From: Gemmatimonadales bacterium
Lineage (GTDB): Bacteria; Gemmatimonadota; Gemmatimonadetes; Gemmatimonadales; GWC2-71-9
NCBI GenBank assembly: GCA_038321865.1
Contig: JBBQFH010000025.1
Span: 1 to 49,729 of the forward strand
Length of the DNA: 49,729 nt
Direction: 5' to 3'
Shown here: piece after piece, positions 9,377 to 18,865 of the stretch
How positions within the stretch are numbered: position 1 is the first letter of the stretch
How the letters are laid out: each line of letters opens with the position of its first letter
Notes under the pieces: model-generated
Told to the model about the DNA's origin: nothing
Database searches by the model: none
The model's input: the letters and a program-made list of their open reading frames with translations, nothing else
Program-made: the position numbers and the translations under genes

Positions 9377-11620
9377 CTACTTCACCACCTCGAACGGCTC
9401 CAGTCTCCGGTCGGTCCTCCCCGCCCCGTCCGTCACCGTCACCTCGAGCGAATACTCCCCCGGCTGCAGCTTCTGCAGTGACAGCGTCCGGTGCACCGCG
9501 AGTGACGGCCGGGACACCTGTTCGGAAAACTTCACGCTGATCGCCGAGCCCCCGCCGCCGAAGATCTTCTTCAGGAATCCGCCTCCGCCCCGGCCGCGCC
9601 TGACCGCCAGCTGCGTCGAGTAGGTGCTGTTGATCCCCAGGCCGGATACCTCGTAGTACAGCTGCATCTCCTCACCCACCCGGAACGTCCTCAGAGGATT
9701 GAAGAAGACGGTGTCGCCCGGCACCGGCTGCCAGGTGGCCGGCACCCGGCGGGAGCCGAGTGCCAGGTCGCTCAGCTGGATGGCGGGGGCGGTGGTGGCG
9801 GAGACGACGCGGACGCCCTGGATCGGGAGCACCGCGCCGGCCTCCTCGCCCGACTGGATCGCCAGGCGGTACTGGAGGTTTCCGGTGGGGACCATCACAG
9901 CCAGCCGGCCGACCAGGTTCTCACTGGCCGGCACCGGCCGCGCCGAGACCACGCGCCGGAGGGTGTCGAGCGACGCCACCACCTGGCCCGATGAATCAAA
10001 GACGGCGAGCCGCACCCGGATCACGTACAGGCTTCCCCGCGCGATCTCGACCGGCTCGAGCGACGAGCCGCGCACGGCATAGGTGACCTGGAGCAGGTTC
10101 CGATCGCCCTCGTGCCCCACCGCCAGCACTTCGGCCTGCGCGCTCAGCGGCCGGGCAAAGGAGAGCTCATAACTGTCGGTGCGCGTCCCGCGGATCATGC
10201 TCTCCCGGCCGATCCGGCGCTCATCGCTCTGGAACCGACCTTCGCTGGCGCGCCCCACCCGCTGCAGACGGGCGTACAGCGGCGAGATCGGCTCCCGCGA
10301 GACCAGCAGCTCCTGCACCTGCGCGTTGAGCGCGGTGGAGTCCACGTTCTGGGCGTTGAGGGCGCTGGAGAAGCCCAGCAGGTCGTAGACGCTCTCCACC
10401 AGCTTGTAGTCCTGCACATCCTCGCGGGCCAGGAAGTGGAAGATCAGGTCGCCCTCGGCGCGGGTGTAGCGCCACGACTCGTTGGCCTCTACCGCCGGCG
10501 AGTGGTAGGACGCGCGCACCGTGGGCTTGCCGTGGCGGATATAGATGATGCCGCGGTCGTCGTAGTCGCGGCTTCCCGACTTGTAGCGTTCCACGATGTC
10601 GTAGTGGCGGCTCAGGCTGGCGAGGAAAAAGTTCCGCCGCGCGTAGGCGATGCGCCGGTAGTGTTCGGCCAGGCGGGCGCCCTTCGGCTGCAGGTCCCCG
10701 GCGTCGCGCAGGTCCCAGAAGCGGTGCAGCAGCGCGGCCCGCTCGGCGCCGCGTGCCGCGTCGAAGGAGCGAAGCGAGCTGTCGGGGGCGATCAGCGCGA
10801 GATCGGCGCGGTAGTCGGCGACGGCGACGGAGTCGTCGATGGCGGCGCCGTCGTAGTAGTGGGTCTGTCCGGCCGGCCGGTTGAGCAGCAGCTCGGTGCG
10901 GGCCAGCTCGAGGAGGCCGAGGGCGCGGTCGGGGCCGGTGTTGACGTAGCGGCGGAGGGCGATGATCGAGGAGTCGGCGTCGCCGGCCTCGCGCTCGACC
11001 CGCCCGCGGGCGAGGAGCACCTCGGGGTTGCTGCCCGCGGGGGTGGACCCCGATCGGCGGAGCGCGTCGAGGGCCACGTCGAGCTTGATGTTGACCCGCT
11101 GGCGGAGCGCGGTGGCCGCGAGGTCGACCAGCCCGCGCACGAACGACGGGTCCACCGCCGCCGACTTGGCGAACGCCATCGCCGAGCGGGAGAGGGCGTC
11201 CTTCCCCAGCATCGTCGCGATGCCCGCGACCAGTGCCACCTGGGAGTCGCCCACGCCGTACTCGGCCAGTCCCATTCCGTACCAGGCGTAGGGCCACTCG
11301 GGCTTGAGGTCGATCGCCCACTGGAACTCGGACGCCGCGTCGTCATAGTGCGAATGCCCGGCGATCTCGCCGAGGCGGAGGGAGACGAAACCGAGGCGCA
11401 GGTGGAGCACCGCGTTGGAGCGGTCGGCCTTGGCGTTGTCGATCATCCGCCGCTCCACGCGGAGCAGCTCGACCGAGTCCTTCACCCCCGCGAGCGAATC
11501 GCGCAGCGCCTCGAGGCGCGTGCGGTCGGCGGGTTCCTGGGCGCGCGCCGGTGCGGCCAGCGTGGCCGATGCCGCGCATGCGAGGAGCAGGGCGAGGAGT
11601 GGTTGGGTGCTGCGCATCAT
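9377..11620 (-). CDS. Exported TPR + GWxTD-like domain protein
   Basis: Signal peptide ending ARA-Q; TPR-like helices; FW..RD...EHYRRIAYA...DDRGIIYIRHGKP...ESWRY pattern; Ig-like C-terminus (PGEYSLEVTVTD). Confidence 0.75.
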   Translation of the reverse strand: MMRSTQPLLALLLACAASATLAAPARAQEPADRTRLEALRDSLAGVKDSVELLRVERRMIDNAKADRSNAVLHLRLGFVSLRLGEIAGHSHYDDAASEFQWAIDLKPEWPYAWYGMGLAEYGVGDSQVALVAGIATMLGKDALSRSAMAFAKSAAVDPSFVRGLVDLAATALRQRVNIKLDVALDALRRSGSTPAGSNPEVLLARGRVEREAGDADSSIIALRRYVNTGPDRALGLLELARTELLLNRPAGQTHYYDGAAIDDSVAVADYRADLALIAPDSSLRSFDAARGAERAALLHRFWDLRDAGDLQPKGARLAEHYRRIAYARRNFFLASLSRHYDIVERYKSGSRDYDDRGIIYIRHGKPTVRASYHSPAVEANESWRYTRAEGDLIFHFLAREDVQDYKLVESVYDLLGFSSALNAQNVDSTALNAQVQELLVSREPISPLYARLQRVGRASEGRFQSDERRIGRESMIRGTRTDSYELSFARPLSAQAEVLAVGHEGDRNLLQVTYAVRGSSLEPVEIARGSLYVIRVRLAVFDSSGQVVASLDTLRRVVSARPVPASENLVGRLAVMVPTGNLQYRLAIQSGEEAGAVLPIQGVRVVSATTAPAIQLSDLALGSRRVPATWQPVPGDTVFFNPLRTFRVGEEMQLYYEVSGLGINSTYSTQLAVRRGRGGGGFLKKIFGGGGSAISVKFSEQVSRPSLAVHRTLSLQKLQPGEYSLEVTVTDGAGRTDRRLEPFEVVK

Positions 11621-11674
11621 CGATTCCTTACCGGGGCTGCCACAGGAGACGCCTCGCTCCGGCGCGTTGCCACA

Positions 11675-13618
11675 TCAGGGCGACCGCGCACGGTCCCGCA
11701 GAAAGTCCCTGATCCCGGCGAAGACCCCCTCGGCGTACATCCGCTGCCCCTCGGGCGAGCGGAGGGCGTTCTCCTGGTCCGGGAGCATGAGGAACATTCC
11801 TTCGCTGAGGATCGCCGGCATCCAGGTGGGGCGCACCAGCGCCAGATCACCGCGGCCGATGCCGAGATCGCGGAGTCCGAGCCGCGCGACCAGCTCGCGG
11901 TCGACCGCGATCGCGAGCGGAATGCTCCGCGGGTGGTTGTAGAAGACGCTGGTGCCGTTGTTGGTGAAGGGGTTCACCCCGTCGGGCAGCGCGTTGTTGT
12001 GAATCGAGATCAGGAGCTCGGCGTTGGCGGTGTCGGCCAGGTGGGTGCGGGGCCAGAGCTCGACGGCGCTGTCCGACGTGCGCGTCATGATCACCCGCGC
12101 GCCGGCCGACTGGAGCAGGTCGCGGAGGATCAGGGCGATGCCGAGGTTGGCCTGCGCCTCCCGGAAGCCGGAGGGACCCGAGGCGCCGGCGGGGGGATGG
12201 CCCGGGTCGACGACGATCAGCCGGTCCTTCAGCGGATCGCCGGCATCGATCGCCGGCGGGCGGTGGATCTCGAGCAGGAGATCGCCGCGGTCCCAGCGGG
12301 TGCGGAAGCCCCAGAGCGGACGGGCGAGCTCGACGGTGAGCGTCACATCGTGTGCGGTGCCCTGCGACCAGGCGATGGTGCGCACCATCGAGTCCGCCGC
12401 CGTGCCGTAGCGAATCCAGTTCACGTCGCCGGTGGCGCCGTAGAAGGTGATGGAGACGCTGCGCTCCGTCTCGGAGACCTGGAACGGCAGGCGCTGGCTC
12501 ACCGGAATGCGGAGCGCGACGCGGTCGGCGCGCGGCGTGAGCGTCACCGATCCGACCACGCCGCGCGTCTCCGGCATCCCGGCGAGCGGATGGGCGTCGG
12601 CGGCCGGCACCCAGACGTCGAGCCCGGGGACGAGGCGGAGGCGGAGATCGTTGTTGATGCGGCCGGTGGCCAGGGCGCGGGTGCCGGTTGGGAAGAACCA
12701 GTTGTAGGTGCCGCCGGGGAGGGCACGCCCGATGGTGATGCTGTCGGTGGTGCCGCGCCCGGCGGAGTCGTCGTCGAGCTGGACGGGGAACGGGAGGGTG
12801 TCGAGCACCGCGAGGCGAAGGGGCCAGCGCGTGCGCACGGTGTCGGCGCCACGGATCGCCTCGATCACGGCGGAGGCGGTGTCCCCCGGCGCCGGCGTCC
12901 CGGTGCCGACCAGCGGGCCGGGACTGGCGCCGATGGAGCGGCCGCGGATGACGCCGGTGTAGCGGTCGGCCCGGGTGGCCCGGCGGAGGTTGGCGGTGTC
13001 GCGGTCGAAGGCGCGGATGCCGGCGGGGACCTCCTCGAGCGCCGCGCCCACGGTGAGCGGCACGACGGCGCCGCCGGGGAGCCGGATCCGCACCGCGGCG
13101 CCTTCGGAGGCGCGCACCGACACCGGGAGGTATTCGTCGCGGGGGAGCCAGACATCGCCCCGCGGCGTGACCGACGTCGAATCGATCCAGAGGGCGCCGG
13201 CGGGAGTCGCGGCGCGGATCAGGCGCCGCGCGGTGTATTCAAGGCGCGCGCTGTCTCGCGGCGTGCGGGCGACGATGTCGAACCGCATCACGCTGTCGTG
13301 GGGAAAGGCGATCCAGCCGAGCCATTCGCCGTTGGGCCAGACCTTTACCGGGGCGCCATTGATGGTGACGACGGCGTCGCCGCTGCCCGAGGTGCCGAAG
13401 ATGAAGCTCGAGTCGCGCGTGTCGACGACATCGGTCGGCGACGGGTAGGCGACACGGATCGCCGCCGGGCCTCGTACGTCGGGAACCGGCGGAAGATGCG
13501 ACACCAGGGCGGCCGCACCGGTCGGATTGGGGGCCGGCGTGACGGGTGAGGAGGCGGGATGCGTGCAGGCGACGGCGAGAGCGGCTGGCGCCGCCAGAAT
13601 GAGTTGGCCGAGTCTCAT
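11675..13618 (-). CDS. N-acetylmuramoyl-L-alanine amidase (Amidase_3), probable lipoprotein
   Basis: Lipobox-like LAVAC; IVVDPGH, E..ANL, MTR, ISIHNNA and PAILSE zinc amidase motifs. Start chosen at ATG 13618. Confidence 0.9.
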   Translation of the reverse strand: MRLGQLILAAPAALAVACTHPASSPVTPAPNPTGAAALVSHLPPVPDVRGPAAIRVAYPSPTDVVDTRDSSFIFGTSGSGDAVVTINGAPVKVWPNGEWLGWIAFPHDSVMRFDIVARTPRDSARLEYTARRLIRAATPAGALWIDSTSVTPRGDVWLPRDEYLPVSVRASEGAAVRIRLPGGAVVPLTVGAALEEVPAGIRAFDRDTANLRRATRADRYTGVIRGRSIGASPGPLVGTGTPAPGDTASAVIEAIRGADTVRTRWPLRLAVLDTLPFPVQLDDDSAGRGTTDSITIGRALPGGTYNWFFPTGTRALATGRINNDLRLRLVPGLDVWVPAADAHPLAGMPETRGVVGSVTLTPRADRVALRIPVSQRLPFQVSETERSVSITFYGATGDVNWIRYGTAADSMVRTIAWSQGTAHDVTLTVELARPLWGFRTRWDRGDLLLEIHRPPAIDAGDPLKDRLIVVDPGHPPAGASGPSGFREAQANLGIALILRDLLQSAGARVIMTRTSDSAVELWPRTHLADTANAELLISIHNNALPDGVNPFTNNGTSVFYNHPRSIPLAIAVDRELVARLGLRDLGIGRGDLALVRPTWMPAILSEGMFLMLPDQENALRSPEGQRMYAEGVFAGIRDFLRDRARSP

Positions 13619-13662
13619 CCGTGCAAGGTACACGCTGATCAGAACTTACGCCAAGCCGCGCA

Positions 13663-13691
13663 TTGACGGGTCCCCAATGTAAACCTAGATT
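13663..13691 (+). promoter_or_regulatory. Sigma-70-type promoter of the PP2C/FHA-protease/ampG operon
   Basis: TTGACG - 17 nt - TAGATT, 45 nt before GTG 13737. Confidence 0.65.
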
Positions 13692-13736
13692 CTCCGCGCA
13701 CCCCCTAACCAGACCGGACGGCGCGATGAGGCCAGC

Positions 13737-14756
13737 GTGACGAACGGACCGATTCTCGTTTCGGTCTTCGGCAAGACGGACCTAGGGAAGACGCGCGATC
13801 ACAACGAGGACACTTTTCTCGTTGCCGATCTCACCAACGCGCGCGCCAGCCTCCAGCCCGAGGTGCGCGACCATGCGGTGGGCCAGCGTGGCTCGCTCTT
13901 CATGGTCGCCGACGGCATGGGCGGCGCGGCCGCGGGCGAGGTGGCCAGCGCCATGGCCGCCGACGTGATCCACCGCCACCTGGTCACCGCCTGGCGCGGC
14001 GACCCCGATGAATCGGCCGAGCGCTTCGCCTTCCGCATGAAGGAAGCGGTGGAGCTGGCCAACGACGAGCTGTTCACCTATGCGCGCGAGCACCCCGAGG
14101 TCCGCGGCATGGGCACCACCGTCACCGCCGCCGGCATCCACGGCCCCAATCTCTACGTCGCGCAGATCGGCGACAGCCGCGCCTACCTGGTCCGCGACGG
14201 CCACACCAGCCAGCTCACCCGCGACCAGTCGCTCACCCAGCGGCTGGTCGATGCCGGCGAGCTGACCGAGGAAGAGGCCGAGCACAGCGAGCGGCGCAAC
14301 ATCATCCTCCAGGCGCTGGGGCCCGATTCGCGGGTGAAGGTGGACCTGAGCCGCCAGTCGCTGCGCCGGGATGACACGCTGGTGATCTGCTCCGACGGTC
14401 TCTCCGGGCTGGTCAAGCGCGAGGAGATCGGCGAGATGGCATCCAAGCACCGCGACCTCTCTGCCATGTGCGGCGCGCTGATCGACCTGGCCAACGAGCG
14501 GGGCGGGCCCGACAACATCACCGTGGTCTCCGCGCGCTTCACCGGCGAAGGGCTGGACGAGCCGGACGACGACGCCGGCGTGGGCTACGAGGCGTTCAGC
14601 CTCGCCCGCGACTCGACGGAGACCCCGCAGGTTCCCGAGCCGGTGGCACCCGGCATCGTCGCGCCGGTGGCCGCCACGGGGCTCCGTCCCGCCACGATCG
14701 CGCTCGTCGCCGTCGGCCTGGTGGCGCTCGCGCTGCTCCTCGCCCTGGTGCTGTGA
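13737..14756 (+). CDS. Stp1/IreP-family PP2C Ser/Thr phosphatase with C-terminal TM anchor
   Basis: TDLGKTR.HNED, VADGMGG, GMGTT, IGDSRAY, CSDGL, GGPDNITV; hydrophobic C-terminus. Confidence 0.93.
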   Translation: MTNGPILVSVFGKTDLGKTRDHNEDTFLVADLTNARASLQPEVRDHAVGQRGSLFMVADGMGGAAAGEVASAMAADVIHRHLVTAWRGDPDESAERFAFRMKEAVELANDELFTYAREHPEVRGMGTTVTAAGIHGPNLYVAQIGDSRAYLVRDGHTSQLTRDQSLTQRLVDAGELTEEEAEHSERRNIILQALGPDSRVKVDLSRQSLRRDDTLVICSDGLSGLVKREEIGEMASKHRDLSAMCGALIDLANERGGPDNITVVSARFTGEGLDEPDDDAGVGYEAFSLARDSTETPQVPEPVAPGIVAPVAATGLRPATIALVAVGLVALALLLALVL

Positions 14757-14763
14757 GCCGCCG

Positions 14764-16005
14764 ATGAGCATCCGATGCCTGATCAGGAGCGGCGCCCGCG
14801 CGGGACAGTCGGCGACGCTCAGCAAGGCCTACATCACGATCGGAAGCCATCCGCAGGCCGATCTCCGCTTCGACGCGGAATCTGAGCTCATCGTCTCGGC
14901 CCGCCACGCGGCGATCGTCGCCCGCGACCAGCGCTATCTCATCCGCGACCTCGGCAGCACCCACGGCACCTTCGTCAACGGCAAGCGGATCATGGGCGAT
15001 CGCCTGCTGGCCGACAACGACGTCGTCGAGTTCGGCCGCCCGGGTCCGGCGATCGTGGTCACCCTGGTGCCGGCGCAGCTGCTGCTCCCGATGGACGAGC
15101 GCGGTCCCGCGCCGGTGGCGGCCTACCGGGAGCCACGCTACCGCCCGACGCCGATCACCGGCTTCACGGCGGCGGGGATCGAGCAGACGGCGCTGCGCCG
15201 GGAACGCCTGGTGCGGCGGAACATCGCAGTCGCCGTCATCGCCGCGCTGGTGCTGGCCGGCGGCCTCACCTGGCGCTACGCCGCGAGCGGCACCCGCGCC
15301 GCCCAGCAGCTGCTGCGCCGGCCGCTCGACAGCACGACGGCGTTGCGCGCGCCGGGTGCCGGGGCCGCCATCGACATCGGAAGGGTGACGCGGGAGAACC
15401 GCGGCGCGGTGGGGCTCGTCGTCGCCCGCTTCGGGGACGGCGCGTCGTTCACCGGTACGGGGTTCGTGATCCGCACCAATCGGCGCTCGGCGATCGTCGT
15501 CACCAGCCGCCACCTGGTGGAGGATGCGGGCGGGTCGGCCTCGAAGCGCATCAGCCTGATCCTCGACGGCTCGAGCGAGGCGCTGCCGGCCGAGGTGATG
15601 CGGGTGCACCCGACGGCGGACCTGGCGCTGCTCCGCGTGACGACCGCGCACGCGCTGGCGGTGGTGCACCGGCTGGCGCCGGCCGCGCAGTCCGCCGCCG
15701 AAGGCGATGGAGTCGCGATCCTGGGCTTTCCGCTCGGCCTCGATCTGCCCATGGGCGGCGACTGGCGGCGGGTCGGCGTCTCCGCCACCAGCAGCGCCGG
15801 CAACGTGACGCGGGTGCTGCCGACACTGGTGCAGGTGGACGGCTACGGCGCGCAGGGCTCGAGCGGCAGCCCGATCTTCGACGCCGCGGGTGACGTGGTC
15901 GCCGTGCTCTACGGCAGCGAGCGGGAGAGTGCGGGCCGCATCGTGTACGGCGTGCCGGCGTCGCAGGTGGCGGAACTCCTCCGCGGAATGCCCGCATCGC
16001 CGTGA
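14764..16005 (+). CDS. FHA domain - TM - trypsin-like serine protease
   Basis: VSARHA, DLGSTHGTFVNG (FHA); TM helix; intact triad TSRH / ADLALL / GSSGSP. Confidence 0.88.
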   Translation: MSIRCLIRSGARAGQSATLSKAYITIGSHPQADLRFDAESELIVSARHAAIVARDQRYLIRDLGSTHGTFVNGKRIMGDRLLADNDVVEFGRPGPAIVVTLVPAQLLLPMDERGPAPVAAYREPRYRPTPITGFTAAGIEQTALRRERLVRRNIAVAVIAALVLAGGLTWRYAASGTRAAQQLLRRPLDSTTALRAPGAGAAIDIGRVTRENRGAVGLVVARFGDGASFTGTGFVIRTNRRSAIVVTSRHLVEDAGGSASKRISLILDGSSEALPAEVMRVHPTADLALLRVTTAHALAVVHRLAPAAQSAAEGDGVAILGFPLGLDLPMGGDWRRVGVSATSSAGNVTRVLPTLVQVDGYGAQGSSGSPIFDAAGDVVAVLYGSERESAGRIVYGVPASQVAELLRGMPASP

Positions 16006-17222
16006 CCGCCGGCGGGAGCGGGAGCGGCGATTCTCCGCTGCGCACCCGGCTCGCGTGGATCGCGCTGGTCGCCTTCGCTTCCGGATTCCCTTACGGATTC
16101 ATCAACGAGGCCCTGCCCATCTACCTGCGCTCGCAGGGGGCGGATCTCGTCAAGGTCGGCACCGTCGCCGCCGTCAGTCTCCCCTGGACATTCAAGTTTC
16201 TCTGGTCGCCGCTGGTGGACCGGCTGGGCAGCCGGCGCCAGTGGATCGTCGCCTGCCTGCTCGGGCTCGCGGGACTCACGCTCCTGGTGGCCGCGGCCGA
16301 CGTGCATGCGCTGGCGCCGGGTTTCTGGCTGCTGCTCGTCGTCATGGCCACGCTCTCCGCCACGCAGGACGTGGCGATCGACGCCTTCACGATCGAGACC
16401 ACGAGCGAGGCCGAGCTGGGCGAGGCGAACTCGGTGCGGATCGCGCTCTACCGCGCGGCGATGTTCGTGGCGGGTGGCGCCGTCGTCTGGCTGGCCGGGC
16501 GCTCGAACTGGCATCTCGCGTTTACCGTCGCGGCGGGGATGGTCGGCGTGCTCGCCGTCGCGGTGCTGTTCATGCCGTCGCGCCGCCGGGCCGCGACCGC
16601 GACGCGCCAGCCGATCTGGGAACCGATCCGCGCACTGCTGGCGCGGCCGGGGATCGGGCTGATCGTCGGCTTCGCGCTGATCTTCAAGCTCGACGTGGCG
16701 GCGCTCGAGCCGATGATGCGGCCGTTCTGGGTGGACCGCGGGCTCACGCTGGAGCAGATCGGCGGCGCGCTCACGCTGGCGCGGACGATCGCGACGGTGA
16801 CGGGTGCCGTGGTGGGCGGGGTGCTCACGACCCGGTGGGGAATCCGGCGCGGGCTCTGGACGCTGGGCGCCGTGCAGGCGCTCTCCAGCCTGGCCTACTG
16901 GGCGGCGGCGACGTTTTCGGTCGGGAAGGCGGCGGTTTTCGGGGCGGCGGTCTTCGAGAACTTCGCGGCCGGGCTGGCGACGGCGGCGTATCTCGCCTAC
17001 CTGATGTCGCTGTGCGAGCGCCGCTTCGCGGCGACGCAGTTCGCGCTGCTTTCGGCGCTGCTCGCCCTCACCCGCGCCGCCGCCGCGCGGCCGTCAGGCA
17101 TGCTGGCCGAGTCGCTGGGATACGGCCACTACTTCCTGCTGACGTTTCTCGTGGGGCTGCCGGCGTTCGCGCTCATTCCGCTGCTGGGCCGGGTGGGACG
17201 TGCGCCGGAGGAAGCGGGGTAG
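16002..17222 (+). CDS. ampG: AmpG-family MFS muropeptide transporter
   Basis: FASGFP, LPWTFKFLWSPLVD, SATQDVAIDA, ATQFALLSAL; about 12 hydrophobic segments. Confidence 0.88.
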   Translation: MTAGGSGSGDSPLRTRLAWIALVAFASGFPYGFINEALPIYLRSQGADLVKVGTVAAVSLPWTFKFLWSPLVDRLGSRRQWIVACLLGLAGLTLLVAAADVHALAPGFWLLLVVMATLSATQDVAIDAFTIETTSEAELGEANSVRIALYRAAMFVAGGAVVWLAGRSNWHLAFTVAAGMVGVLAVAVLFMPSRRRAATATRQPIWEPIRALLARPGIGLIVGFALIFKLDVAALEPMMRPFWVDRGLTLEQIGGALTLARTIATVTGAVVGGVLTTRWGIRRGLWTLGAVQALSSLAYWAAATFSVGKAAVFGAAVFENFAAGLATAAYLAYLMSLCERRFAATQFALLSALLALTRAAAARPSGMLAESLGYGHYFLLTFLVGLPAFALIPLLGRVGRAPEEAG

Positions 17223-17279
17223 GCGGCGTAGGCGGCGTAGGCGGCACGGCGGCGCGTAGCGCGTAGCGCGGCTACCCCG
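17215..17279. repeat. Short tandem repeat (TAGGCGGCG x ~3) enclosed by an 8-bp inverted repeat
   Basis: TAGGCGGCG at 17220 and 17229, partial copy at 17238; CGGGGTAG 17215-17222 and CTACCCCG 17272-17279. Confidence 0.6.
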
Positions 17280-17293
17280 TCACCCGTACCCCA

Positions 17294-17404
17294 CCCGTCA
17301 TTCCGAGCGAAGCGAGGAATCTGCCTCGGGCATGGCGGACGGTCGCCTCACGCGTTGGTCGAGGCTGGGTTGAGCAGATTCCTCGCTTCGCTCGGAATGA
17401 CGGG
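17294..17404. repeat. REP/REPIN-like element: perfect 31-bp inverted repeat with 49-nt spacer
   Basis: CCCGTCATTCCGAGCGAAGCGAGGAATCTGC (17294-17324) and its exact reverse complement (17374-17404), between convergent ampG and nagZ. Confidence 0.9.
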
Positions 17405-17449
17405 CGGGGGAGTAGGTCGGAGGTACGCACGCGGCGCGGCAACGCGCCG

Positions 17450-18865
17450 TCACCCCCGCAGCACCCGGATCATCCAGCGCCCGACCGCCTCCTGCATCAG
17501 CCGCTGCCGGTGCCACGCCACGAGCACCGGCGCCCGTCCGGGAATCTGCGCCAGCAGCCGTTCGTGGCCGAACAGCACGACCAGATCCGACGCCCGCAGC
17601 CCTTCCAGTCGCTGCAGCGTCGCCGGTGCCAGCCCCGCCCTTCCCTTCCACGCCCTCGGCTCCGCGCACAGCAGCACGATCCGGCTGCCGCCCGACTCGA
17701 GCGGCACGCCGGCGTGCGCCAGCGTCTGCTCGACGTGGTCGCTGGCGCTCGGCGGGTAGGGGCCGCCGAGATCGTCGTCCACCACCACGAGCTCGAGCGG
17801 CGCGCGGAGGCCCACCAGCTCGGCCCGCCGGACCCCGCGCTCCAGCAACCGGTCGGCCATCCACGTCGCCGAGTGATCGTGGCGGCGCTCCGCATCCACC
17901 GGGCGCGCCACGTGCGCCAGCGCCCGGCCGTAGCGCGCCAGCGCGTCGAGTGCCCGTGGCGAGCGGATGCGGCCATCACCCAGCGCCGCGTCGAGCGATG
18001 CGACCACCAGCGGCAGATCGCTGGGATAGAGGAGGATGTCGACGCCCGCGGCGATCGCATCCACCACGCCGTCGGCCTCACTCCGCCCGGCGACGGCGCC
18101 GTCCATGATGAGCGCGTCGGTCACGATCAGGCCGTCGAAGCGATGCACGCTTCGGAGCGCGCTCAGGATCGGGCGCGAGCGCGTCGCCGGTGCGCCCGAG
18201 GGATCGAGCGCGGGAAAGGCGACGTGCGCCGTCATCACCGATGCGACGCCGGCGGCGATCGCCGCGTCGAACGGCAGCAGGTCGGTCGCGGCGAGCGTCT
18301 CGGCGGATTCGGACACGACGGGGAGGTCGGCGTGGGAGTCGGTCGCCGTGCGGCCGTGTCCGGGATAGTGCTTGGCGCAGGCGAGCGCGCCCTCCGCCTC
18401 ACAGGCCTGCACCCACACACGCACGCATTCCGCCACCGCCGCGGGGTCGGCGCCGAAGGAGCGGGTCTGCACGATCGGATTGTCGGGCAGGATGTCGAGA
18501 TCGGCGTCGGGCGCGAAGATCCAGTTGATGCCGAGCGTCCGCGCCTCGCGGGCGGTGACGGTCGCCGCGGTGGCGACGGCATCCAGGTCGTCCAGCTCGG
18601 CGAGCGCGCGCGGCGGCGGAAACTCGGTGAGCCCGGGAAACTGCTGCCCTGCGCCCCGCTCGAGATCGCTGCCGATGAGGAGCGGACGGCCCGCGCGCCG
18701 GACCAGGTCGGCCACCATCGCCGCCACCGCCTCGGGTCGCCCGCCGAAGATAATGAATCCGCCGACGCCGAGCGCCAGCGCCTCGGCGATGCGCTCCGCC
18801 TCGTGGTCGAACTCGCCGCCGGCCGAGGCGCGGAGCGCCGGAACGACCAGCCGGGCGAGGGTCAC
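17450..18865 (-). CDS. nagZ: GH3 beta-N-acetylhexosaminidase (NagZ-like)
   Basis: IGSDLERG, FAPDAD, RSFG, KHYPGHG...DSH, VMTAH, IVTDALIM; GTG start overlaps the anmK stop. Confidence 0.88.
   Translation of the reverse strand: MTLARLVVPALRASAGGEFDHEAERIAEALALGVGGFIIFGGRPEAVAAMVADLVRRAGRPLLIGSDLERGAGQQFPGLTEFPPPRALAELDDLDAVATAATVTAREARTLGINWIFAPDADLDILPDNPIVQTRSFGADPAAVAECVRVWVQACEAEGALACAKHYPGHGRTATDSHADLPVVSESAETLAATDLLPFDAAIAAGVASVMTAHVAFPALDPSGAPATRSRPILSALRSVHRFDGLIVTDALIMDGAVAGRSEADGVVDAIAAGVDILLYPSDLPLVVASLDAALGDGRIRSPRALDALARYGRALAHVARPVDAERRHDHSATWMADRLLERGVRRAELVGLRAPLELVVVDDDLGGPYPPSASDHVEQTLAHAGVPLESGGSRIVLLCAEPRAWKGRAGLAPATLQRLEGLRASDLVVLFGHERLLAQIPGRAPVLVAWHRQRLMQEAVGRWMIRVLRG

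Noticed and set aside
10112..13549. 1145-aa plus-strand ORF
   Set aside because: Antisense to the GWxTD-like and amidase genes; no recognisable domain.
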